From Amphiscolops sp. MND2022 (taxonomy: Eukaryota): a stretch of 64,000 nt of DNA. This document shows, one piece after another, positions 48,247-59,786 of the stretch. Within the stretch, counting starts at the first letter, position 1. Every line of letters begins with the position of its first letter. The notes under the pieces are model-generated. The model was not told the origin of the DNA. It made no database searches and saw only the letters and a program-made list of their open reading frames with translations. Location: assembly GCA_964187785.1 (NCBI GenBank), contig OZ076409.1, positions 65,226,001-65,290,000 on the forward strand, written 5' to 3'. The position numbers and the translations under genes are program-made.

Positions 48247-51200
48247 TAACTTCGCCACGACTCCAATACAACCAACTAGTATCTGTCCGACAATATATCA
48301 GATCGGACCCTCCAACGCAAACTTTCCACCAATACAACCAACAATTGATGGGCTATCCCTCTGTTGTCTGGCAGCAGCAGATGGAAAAAGCTACCATTAT
48401 TACTTACAATAATACCCATTTGTTCCAAAAACCAATTCCTGTATGGGATCCTGATCACACATCTGCTTTCAATAGCCGATTCAGGCCCATTCCCTTGATA
48501 GATGATTACAACCCTACCTACATAGACCCCGATTACGGACGAGATCCCTATTGGGATACGGAACTCTACAACCAAGATCTGCTACAATTCCAATACGTCA
48601 TTGATGATATCGAACTCTACAACAAATCAGCCCATGAAAATCCTCCAATCACCCACAACAAGAAGACCAGAGCATTAATCGAAAACTGGCAAATGAATGA
48701 TGGTACGAACCATCCGGTGTTCCCAAACCCATTGGGGACCGAGAACCATGACAACAATACTGAACCCATACAACAATCACTACTAGATGAGAAACAATTC
48801 CAAAATGTCCTAATCACAAGGGACGGCGAACCAGACTGTATACCTTTGTCAACCAACATCAATCTCAAATGCAAGAAACGCATGTTGTATTTCCCAATGG
48901 ACTTTGGGGAATTGACCATAGATGGACTCATCGACACTGGAGCGCTGTCCAGTGCAATTCCTGAAATGGACCTCCGGAAAATCCGACTTTTATCTCCACA
49001 ATCTGTTATCCGGGAAGGCCCGCCTCCGAATTTCCAAATAATGGTCGCTAATGGGCAATTGGAAACTCCCAAGAGTACCATAGAGCTCAAATTTGAAGTT
49101 GGTGACATCGAGTTTCACGAAATTTTCATAGTCATGGAACACCTGACAGGTCCGATCATTGGACTAATGTTCCTTCAACGAAATCATACAGTTCTGGACA
49201 TGAGACAAGGAATACTAAACTTCCCATTCTTTTCAATGCAGCTCAAAACAGCTGATCATAAATATTCAAATGTACTAGAACCAATTCTCAACCCCACTGA
49301 AATAACCATTCCGCCAAACGACAGAGTCCTAATTAGGACCAATTCCCTACTGTATCCTGAAAACGCTGTCACTGGGATTTTACAACCGAGCGACCTTCTA
49401 CATGAAGAAGGCGACATCACCTTTTGCCCAGCTTTGGTCACTCTGAATGATGGCAACATATCGATACCTGTGAATAATTTCACAGACCACCCCTATAAAC
49501 TCAAAAAGGGACTCCATATTGCCAATTTCTCTGTCATGACGCCAGAACAAATGAAACATGTCAAACCGGTAGACCCGGCATCAACCTGGCATTTGTTACA
49601 AAACGACTAAGAGCAAGCAGCCCATTATGTCAGTAGCCTGATCAAGACGAACAGAAATTCACAAAACCCCGAAAACTACTGGTTCCCAACTCCGGAAAAT
49701 CCAGGGAATCCAGAAGAACACACTCCAATCCAGAAAAGAATCCTCCGCGAGCTACAAGCCCTACAGGATCTAGAATCCCTTGATCCCACGAAAGACGAGG
49801 AATCTAGGGAAAAATTCTTAAGAAATTTTGATTGGAAAGACTCCACCCTAACCCCGGAAGAGAAAACCAAAATTGAAGAATTGCTAGTGGAATTTCACGA
49901 CATTTTTGCGAGACACAGATTTGATATAGGCATGAATGAGGAATTCAAGGTGAAATTGACACCTAAGGACGATTCCCCAGCCTACAGCCAAAGCCTCCCT
50001 GCGCCAATAAACTTGAAAGAGGACATATTAGTCGAATTAGCCATGCTCCACAAATATGGCATAATAACTACTTTACCGTTCTCGAAATACGCCAGCCCAA
50101 TATTCGCACAAAAGAAACCAAATGGGAAGCTACGACTTCTGGTTGACTTGAGAAAAATCAACAACCTTATCTCGGATGATTATATCAACAATAATCACCC
50201 TGTTAGCACCTTGGTTGACGCTGCCCAACACTTGGCAGGCAAAAAACTGTTCTGTAAATTAGACTGTTCACAGGCATACCACTGCCTACCAATGGCCGAC
50301 CAACGCTCAATCGAAATGTTGGCTTTCAATTTTGCCAGCCGTACATTCGCGTACAGACGCTTAGCACAAGGCCTTAGTCGGTCACTATCCGCATTCTCAA
50401 GTTTCATGAGGGAATATCTCGACAAAGTCATTAAAGCGGATCAGTGCGCCCAGTATGTGGACGATATCGGCATCGCAGCCAATGATGTTGAACACCTCAT
50501 AATGAACCTGAGAGCAACATTCAAATGTATTCAAGAAGCAGGCCTTAAGTTGACAATGCACAAATGTCACTTTGGTGCAAAAGAAATTGATTTCCTCGGA
50601 CGGACTATTACCCCACAAGGCGTCAAACCCCAGAAACAGAACGTACAAAACTTTCTGGAAAAAACCAAATTCCCAAAGTCGAAAAAGGCTTTGCAGCGCT
50701 ACTTGGGGTTCTTGAACTACTACAGGAATTATGTCCCAAGACTATCCGAACGCCTTGCTCCATTCTACAAGATGCTCAAAAGTGACGAAAAAGTCCTAGT
50801 ATCGAAAGAATTAGTCCAACAATTCGAAGAAATCAACAAGGCACTCGACAAATGTTGTGACTTAGCCTTACAACAACCCATTCCTAACAAGCAGATTGCA
50901 CTCATGACAGATGCAAGTTTCGGAGCTGCAGGATACGCAGTACTCATTGAAGATGATCCGAGTCAGAAATTCACGTCAATCCGCAAATCATATGCACCGG
51001 TCGCTTATGGTTCAAAAACCTTCACCCCGGCCCAGATAAAGATGTCAATTTATGCAAAAGAATTTCTTGCGATTTATTTCGCATTCAAAGAATTTGGGCA
51101 TATTTTCTGGGGAGCGCCGAAACCGGTCATAATCCTAACCGACAACAAAGCAGTAACAAGATTCTTCCAAACGAAAATAATACCCCCAGCCCTGTGGAAT

Positions 51201-53450
51201 GCATGCGATTATGTGATCCAGTTCAACTTTGTCATAGCGCATATCCCGGGAGCACAGAACACAGCAGCTGACTATTTGTCCCGATTAGAGGCAGATCCAA
51301 AAGACAAATTAGTCATGAAGATCCGTGAGGACGTACAAACTCTACCAATTGAAATTAATGTTCAATCTGCAGGGGTATCACAGGAAGAACAAATATTCTA
51401 TACAAATGATGACGACGAGACAGAGGAACAGTATTGGGCAAGAAAAGAAGCAATCAGGAAAAATCCAATGACTGATGAGCCCACTGTTACTATAGAAACT
51501 CTGTCAACCAATTTGGTCAAACAACAACCAGACATCCAGGTCCGATTAAGGAAAACAAACCAGATAATCATCGAGCAGTCCAAAGATGCAGTATTGCAAC
51601 AATTGAAGGCAAAGCTCCTTCATGAAGACTATTCAGAAAACATGCTGCAACAGGATGCCCGATATAGACACTATGCAAATAATCTGGAACGAATTGTACT
51701 CAAGGACGAAATCCTGACGAGGCAATATTTTGATGAAACAGGGAATGTTAAATACCATCAAATTCTACTCCCGCAACACTTACTCTGGGAATTGCTTCAA
51801 TCCCTTCACGGGACAGCGCATAAACATCCCGGGATTTCAAAAATGCTGCAGGAAATCAGACAAAAGTATTACTACCCTAGCATGGCTAAACACGTCAAAA
51901 AGTGGGTAGAAGGGTGTGAACAATGTGCCAGAGACAAGAGAGTCCCTAACGCAACGATCACACCTGAGCTGCTCAACTTGCCCGAATGGGACCTTGGACC
52001 TGAAGACGCCATGCAGATTGACCTATTGCCGAATCTTCCCCCAAGTGGAGGGTATGAAAATGTCCTAACGGCAATTGATGTTTTCTCCAGATATTTATTC
52101 GCTTATCCCCTTACAGACGCATCAGCGATCAATGTGGCAAAAGCGCTCATTGACATAATGACCAAGCATGCATATCTCCCAACGACTCTTATTACTGATA
52201 AGGGTACTGCATTCACTTCTACGATTATTGCGGAGGTTACGCAAATTTTGGGCATTACACTCAAATGTGCAACGACAAAGCACCCGCAAACAATTGGGAA
52301 ATTAGAGCGGACCCATGCCTCATTAAAGACAAACCTCAAAATGGCATGTGGGGAATACCGCCGACAATGGCATAAATATTTGCCATTAGCAGTACTTAAT
52401 CATAATACGAGTTATCATGCCAGTATTGGTTGTGAGCCAACGAGAGTATTCCATGGCAGAATTCCCTATAACATTCTGGATCACAAGCTTGGAAATAATC
52501 CAAACGAAAGGATCAACCCTACAACCGAATTTGCAGAAGAAATCCAAAACCGGACAAAAATCCTAATTGACAAAACGAAGCAGAACATTATGCAGTCGTA
52601 CATCAAGTACAAAGAATATTACGACCGCAAAGCAAAAGCTGCTCCATTGGAAGAGAATGATTACTGTTTCGTCTTACAGCCGAAAGCGGATCATCAAGGA
52701 TCAAAAATTCCATTCCGCGATTACCGTTGGGTTGGACCATTTGTAGTCCAAAAGGTTTTGCCAAATGAAAACTACATAGTACGAAGGATCAATACGAACA
52801 AAACTCAAATTTTGCATCGCATTCGCCTTAAAAAGTTTATTCCCAATCAACCGCTTGAGGACAATTTCCGAGAACAACGTCTGCAGCCAGACGAAGAAAT
52901 TGTCATTCCGCAAGACGACCTATACGTCATAGCGTGGGAAACAGATTTTGGAGAGCAGCTAGTTACACGAGACAGCGAGCCTATTCCGACTAGCGCGCCG
53001 AATGGCGAACAGCCGAACACGGCAGAAACGAATGCAAATGACGTAAACGAGACCGAAGCGGATTACATAATCACGCGAGAAGAATTAAACAACGACAACG
53101 CGGCACACAGCCGGAATAAACGCTTAAATGATGACGTCACTGAAAGAAATAAAGCTACTGCAGTGACAGAAAATACCAAATCTGATTGGCCGAATCCGGC
53201 CGTTTCCCCAAAAAACCAAGAAAATTCTTTGCCGAATACGGCAGATGGACCGGAAAATGATGAAACTTTTTCAGAAAGAAATTCAATGAATGAAAACGAT
53301 GCACAAACCTCTCCAAAAAGGGGGGATGATATTATCGTGCCCGAAATATCCGAAAGCGATACTAGAAATGAAAGTCTGAGCCCTAGAGGAGGGAAATATA
53401 ATCTCAGGCCTAACCCTAATCCAAACTACTCAGAAGACTTCAGATACTAA
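48246..53450 (+). pseudogene. pol: Pol (protease, RT, RNase H, integrase) with a single in-frame stop at 49608-49610
   Basis: LIDTGA, RLAQGL, YVDD, TDASFG, ADYLSR, H..H...CEQC, QIDL/ITDKG/GKLE, WVGPF. ORFs 48345-49610 and 49881-53450 share one frame. Confidence 0.95.
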
Positions 53451-53693
53451 AGATTGAATTCTTCCCGAAAATGGGAGTTCTTTCTTATTATCTTCTTTTC
53501 CGTTTTTTTTCAGTCCATTTAGTATCTTTTGAATAATGGGACGAATGAAGGACCCCTCTCAAAATAAATAAATACGGGGGTGAAAGATACAAACAATGAG
53601 GAAACAGAAATCAAGGGCAAACGAAAGAATAAATACAACAAAGAAATTAACAAAGTTTACAGTTCGTAAGTACATAAATACATATGTACAGAA

Positions 53694-56600
53694 TCAGGCC
53701 TTAGTGGAGGAATCTTTATTGGGGCTCCCAGCAACAGAGGAAGCAGACGATCGTGAGCCGCTCCTACCTCTCCTTCGCTTCTTACTACTGGGAAACTTCA
53801 CAGCAGACTGATCACACACAGTACTGCTCTCTCCCAAATCTTCCTGGACTGAAACCCGTTTTGGAGCAGACTCAGCCTTGCGGTAAGTGGACAAGAGGGA
53901 TTTGTAAATTCCCGACCGACCGAAAGTATCCACATAGGCCCAAGGATCATAGTCGGAAGAGAAGGCAGAACGACCAAACGATGTGGAGAGAGTCGAAAAT
54001 TTGGCCAGATTGGAGTCCTCGCTGCTCCGGACGACAGAACCAATGACATTAGCCATATAACTCTGACAAGGCAGGATAAGGTCAGTGAACCGGCTCTGTC
54101 CACCAGCGGTAGTAACTCCCCCAAAGACGACATCTGGATAGCTGGGACGTACACAAACAGCTCAATTTGAAGAGGTATAGGAGATGGGAACGTTCATGGA
54201 GAAACTCGAGCCCCATCAGGAACTCGATCAAATCGGCAGACGTACTGGTGATGTCGAAATCAGGCCCGTAGGCGGTTCGGAGGTGATCCAATAGCTGGAT
54301 ATATTGATCCCGACACTGGGACTCATTTGAATCGTCCACCCAAGATCGGACTGCGAAGCTACTGTACAACACCTCGAAATGTCGTAAGGCTACATCCATT
54401 GGCCTCTTCAGCATAATAAAGGGGTCAAAAGCAGCAAGCCCCTTCACCAGATTAGTGCTGAGCCCAGTTCTTTGATGGATCCCATTGATTACAAACTGGA
54501 TGTAATGCTGGCTATCCTTGACGAAATCAGCCTTTACCGTCTCAGCAGTAGCTTGTATGGCAGCGCGCTCTGATTTCTTGCCGAAATGAAGACCTTCGGC
54601 TCTTGCTTTGCATGCGGCTGAAACCTTACTCGCTAGCTTAAGCCGGACAAGGTACTCGTCTCCTGAAAGGAAGGTGACCTCACTCGTCTGAAAGCGCAAG
54701 AGGAGAAACCAAGCGTTTGCTAGGGGCGCAGTGTCAGGGGTGTATATACGGGAACAGAGCAGGCTGAGAAATCGGCTTACTTCTCCACACAAGTAGAAGG
54801 ACGAATCGCGTCGATACTGTAGATTGACTGAGAAACTGGTGACGACTGAAAACAAAACTGTTGTCCAATTCAGGATGATAGACCCTCACTAAGGCTGCGA
54901 CAGATTATACCTACAATCGTTGACGATCCTACTGAAGAATTCCAGTTTGACGACGAAGAATTCGTCGCATATCACCGACCACTCAAAGCTCTGCACCTGG
55001 AACAAGACTATCATCAACCCTGTGATAAAACTGGACCCTACTGATCAGATGAAGAAAATTGATCTATATTCTCATGTGACTTAAAGGAGAAAAGATGAGA
55101 TCTAACCCTTCCTCGGGATCCTTGACCTTCTTGCAATGGCGCATGTGTGGTCAGGTACCGCACCACGTTCTTCCATTCGGCGATGAGTTCTCGACAAAGA
55201 ACAGGCAAGGTTGTCACTTCGAGCTTACAACTGGTCACAGCCTGGAAAGTACAATAAAGCCGCATGAGGATTCCAGACGAATAGGATGAAAGAGCCCTAC
55301 ATAAGCCTATGACTCCGATGAGAGAAATGCAAGGAAACTACTTACTTTGGTAAGTTCTGGGCTGCGGAGAACCCAATCTTCCGTGAGGGACCCACCCAGA
55401 GAAACCATCAAGGCTTGAAGGACGGAGAAGAAGTCTATCTTCCCAAAAACACTATAACTCGTCTTGTGCAGGAGATTGGGCAGGCTGAAGTGTTCGAAGC
55501 GCAGACAGCTTTGAACCCCCTGTTTGTAGTACTCTGACTCGTCGATGGCCCTGGGTAATTCAGAGTGACATCCAGAACAGGCTACGATCCCAGGTTTGGT
55601 AGATATGGCAGAGAGGAGTCGGGACAAAGACCCAAGTTCTCCTGTCACGTCTGTAGTGATCTGTGAGCTGCGACATATGAAGACTCTACAAAGCTCAGAG
55701 CCATTCCAGAACTTGATGGACATGTGCTTGTAGACTCCTTTGGTCTCGAACTCAAGAGCGAAGCACTGCTGAGTGTTGACATTCTCTGCTATGTCCTCAA
55801 GGCAACAGACGAAGAAGTGTTGGAAGATCGCCTAGAAACAAAACCTTTTGAAACCTTAGAAGGAATGGAACCTAAGTGGATGAAACAAACAAATGCTTAC
55901 CGACAATCTCTCTTCTCCCCAATCAAAGTCGTTGAAGGTAGCCTGATGATTGGTAAATGACCCCATCCGGGACCACAGATTTCGCAGAACCGTCAGATCT
56001 CCTTGGCTCTTGATGAAATCTCCAACCAGGCAGAGCTGAGTCTTGGTGCGAGATTCCGGGGTAACCAAAGCAGTGGTTGATCCTTTGACGAAGTCCTCAT
56101 AAAAGGGGAAGCGTTCTCCTATGTCCACAAGTTCAACGTGGATAAATTTGGGCAGCTCCTTAGCCAGCTCAACTTTGGACAACAACTTCCCATTGCCACC
56201 TCTGACTCTGTGTTGCACCTTCCCTGTCACCGGATCCGTGCTCCGCAAATGTTCATAGCGCCAGCGTTGGTCGCGTCGCAGATGGCGCTCCGTTCGGTGG
56301 TGTCTCAATATCTCGTAAGGGCCCTTGGACTTGATGGAGAAGTTCTTCTTGCAGATATGACACCAAACCATATGAGGATTATGGAGTGGGTCAGCAGGGC
56401 CTGAAATGAAGGACCTGGTCCATCCGATCTTTGCGAAGAACTCTTCTCGCATAGGGACACCTCGTTTGGAGAGATTCCGGTTGCCTCTCTTCTTCTTGGA
56501 CTTGGACGAACCGGCAGCGGCACGTTCTAGGACCTGGTCCCTGACTTCAAGGAGCGTGGCATCTTGACTGCTGTATTCTGGAGTATCAGCCTGAGAATCC

Positions 56601-57907
56601 AAGCCAGACGCCTGCAGAACTAGCGAACCATGTGTCTCAGCGGGTTTCTTGAAGGACTTCGCTATCAAATCCAGCTCAGTAGCATTGTCGCTTTCCCCAT
56701 AATATGAAGAATCTCCAGTGTCTTCCGAACTCGACGATCCGGCAACCCTCTCCCTTGACGTGACTTCCCCTTCAGAGTCACTCCCACTAGAGTCTCCAAT
56801 ACTACTGGGACCCGGTGTCTGAGCCCGCCTCCCTGCAAAGAAATGAGCAGTTCGCGATGGGGCGACAGTAGGTTTTCCACGGACTGCATCTGTGACCATT
56901 TGTTCCATGGTCGAAAAGGACCGGCTGAGAGTCTCGTCGGTGAGGACTCTAAGGAGATGGTACACCTGTGGCTCAGTAAATGACACAGTGGTATGACCTA
57001 CTGGAAGTCGTACAGAGGGGGACTCGTCGAAGTATTCTTTGAGGATAGCCCGACTTCTGCCCGAGAGGTGGGGTGGTTCCCGGTGGGACTCAGCCTGTCC
57101 AGGGGCCTGTCTACTAGTACCAGGGACAGGAAGTTCCGAAGCGGTCTCATCTCCTCCTTCAGTTTCAGAGGCATGTGCGAAGGGAGTGTAACCATACAAG
57201 GCCACAGGAACCACCACGCTAGATTGGTCAGTAGCTCCTTCATCCCCACTAGGGTCAGTTAGGTACCGAATTTTGCATTCTCCTCCAGGAAGTGGGGGAG
57301 CGTCGCCAATGGATGATGCGGCATCGTAGTCCTGATGTGCCAGGGAGTCACTCTCAACGTTGGCATCGGATTGGGTAACATCCACAAGTTCAGCAAATTG
57401 GGACCCAGAACTCTCGACTACTCGCAGAGCAGACTCTAGGGCAGACAAATTAGCTGTTGGAGCCTCCCCCATTTCGGTAACCAAAGGGGTGCTTGCCCTC
57501 CTAGTCTCCCCAACGTTTGAGGCGGACGAATCCTCCTGGACACCAGGGTCCGTACCCTGACTTGGATCGAGCTGTGTGGCTTCTTGTTGAGTTCGGTCTG
57601 ATGTCTGAGAACTCTCTAGCTGTCGGACCATATTCTCGGCATAAATAGTCACGTCCAAATCACTGTCTGCACTATGAATGGAGGTGGCTTCATCGGGTCG
57701 ACTTTCATTCTTCTTTTCGTCAGGATGGATGCTGAGTGTGGTTTGGGACGTATCAGGATGTGGGATTTGCGATCCCATCTCAGTTGGAAGACTAACTATC
57801 GGGACAGTTGTAGAAGGGTTGGCTGATGTGCTGGCAATTTCAGTTGTCTGATTCTCTAAACGAAAAGAGATAAAGTTTGGCGGTATGCTTCCTCGAAAAG
57901 AATCCAT
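53694..57907 (-). CDS. Antisense multi-exon accessory gene (about 1250 aa): disordered N-terminus, BED-like zinc finger, degenerate hAT-transposase-like body; one frameshift near 54150
   Basis: VWCHICKKNFSIKSKGPYEILRHHRTERH. Predicted GT-AG introns 55832-55900, 55242-55345, 54997-55106, 54846-54914 and probably 54688-54780 join the minus-strand ORFs in frame. Confidence 0.75.
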
Positions 57908-59003
57908 TCTACCGCATTAGAAATCTTCCGGAAGTACTTGAGAATTTGAACAAAATGTGCTATCACGCGCTTATTAGTGGAAACAGGAAGCTTATTATGA
58001 ACGAAGTCTAGCCCTGATCAAGCTAAACTAGTTCAATATATGAAAATCAGACCAACCTGTGTTCGAAGACATGTTCCCTCAGTGTTGTTGTTCCAACGGA
58101 AGTTGTTTGTGCTGAGAAGAAGACTTTGTAGAGCTGAATTGACTACGACAGGGACAAAAGGAAATCTGGGATACTCCGGAGAGAAGAGCTGGAGGAAGCA
58201 GTTGTGTAGTTGTGGACACACAAGGATGAATGACGGTTAGATAAATGCAAATAGCAGAAGCAGATATGAATGATCAGAAATGGAATTGGCTTAGAACTTT
58301 AATGTAAAGGAATTGAAGAGTTGGAGTTCGTGGCTGAAGATTATTACCAGACTAATATTATGGGATTATTTACATATTTATTCTGTACATGGAGTCTGCC
58401 AGCGAAATGTACAAAGATTACTTCATTATTTACAACTTATGGAATTATTGGCCGGTTACGGCCGTTTACCCTATTTCGGTTTACCATCTCGTTCCATTTT
58501 GTTTGTTGTCCTAATCGGGACTTCCGTTATTTTAGTTACTCAAATTGTTATTTCCGCCATTTTGAATTATTTTAATTTATCATTTTCGCCATTTTATTAC
58601 TTAATTTTTCATTTTATCGGAGCTTAACTCTGATTGGCTGAAGCCATGTTGAAAGAATTTAGCGGCGTGCGCCGTTAATAGCCTTCAAGCGACCCGTTAA
58701 TTACCCACTTGAGATGGAGAGAATTGACGTTAACAACTCAAGCGTCGTTCACACCTCTTCAGGCGATGGCGTTGATGACGAGTAAACATCGGTATATCAA
58801 AGGCGGCCAACTAATTATGGAATTCCATTCAGGAATGTTTATGTCGGATCAGGACAATTTACCGAAGATTCAACCGCCGAAAACGAATTGCCGGGAAAAA
58901 GCCCGAGTCGGCTAAATTCTCAAATTTGTTGGGTTCATTCTATCTCAAACTTTGACTCTGACTAGTTGCCTCCTCAAGCTTCAAGATAGCTAAAAAACTC
59001 ATA

Positions 59004-59786
59004 ATGAGCAAGTACAACCTGGCGAGAAAATTATTCAACTTGGACTATGATTCTGATGAATCTAACGAATCTGTCATCTACATATCTAGTAGTGAGAGTG
59101 AAGCCTCAGATTGGGAAACCGATTATTCCACTGATACTGAACAACTGGTAGCCAGGATCGAGAGAGAGGTAATCTCCAGCCCCATGTTAACAGGGGGCCG
59201 CATTATGACTGTAGACTTGCCCAAAGAAGAAGAAGATACAGAAGCTGGCCCAAGCTCCAGACAGATGCAGGCGGACGTTACCCCGAAGTTGGACCACAAA
59301 TACTTCGATAAAGAAATGTGTTATGCTCCTCCAAAGAAGATAGGGAAATCTCGGATAGAGCTTTGCAAAACTCTACTTCCTGTCACGGAATCACCACTGT
59401 CACCGCCTCCTCATGAGAGAGGACCGTCTGTGGACACACCGCTAGTAGTGGCTGATTCAGGATTCAGGGCTTCATACCACATTCAAAACACGAGGCCGTA
59501 CGAGAACGTGAGCGAAACACGTTATACCGGATGTATGGTCTGCGGCCGCTCAGTAGATGCGATCAAGAAACAACGAGTCGACTGGTACATGAACAGATCT
59601 ACACCGAGAGATGAGCCAGAATTCATAACGAAGCTGAGGAGAGAAGCCTACGAAAACGGATTGAATGCAGGTTCGTTTCTTTTTCTTGCACCCGCAGTGT
59701 CGCAGGCTGCCGCCTGTGACGGCACTATGATTACGACAACAAGCAACGACCAAGAAGTCATACCCGGAACGCTGCCGACCTTTTAA
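59004..59786 (+). CDS. Accessory ORF of unknown function (260 aa); its last 29 or so codons lie in the 3' LTR
   Basis: ATG-initiated intact ORF with an acidic Ser-rich N-terminus and a CMVC motif; AATAAA directly after the stop (59788-59793). Confidence 0.7.
   Translation: MSKYNLARKLFNLDYDSDESNESVIYISSSESEASDWETDYSTDTEQLVARIEREVISSPMLTGGRIMTVDLPKEEEDTEAGPSSRQMQADVTPKLDHKYFDKEMCYAPPKKIGKSRIELCKTLLPVTESPLSPPPHERGPSVDTPLVVADSGFRASYHIQNTRPYENVSETRYTGCMVCGRSVDAIKKQRVDWYMNRSTPRDEPEFITKLRREAYENGLNAGSFLFLAPAVSQAAACDGTMITTTSNDQEVIPGTLPTF

Noticed and set aside
53694..59786. env gene in the giant Gypsy element
   Set aside because: Neither extra gene shows a signal peptide, a furin site with fusion peptide, or a C-terminal transmembrane anchor.
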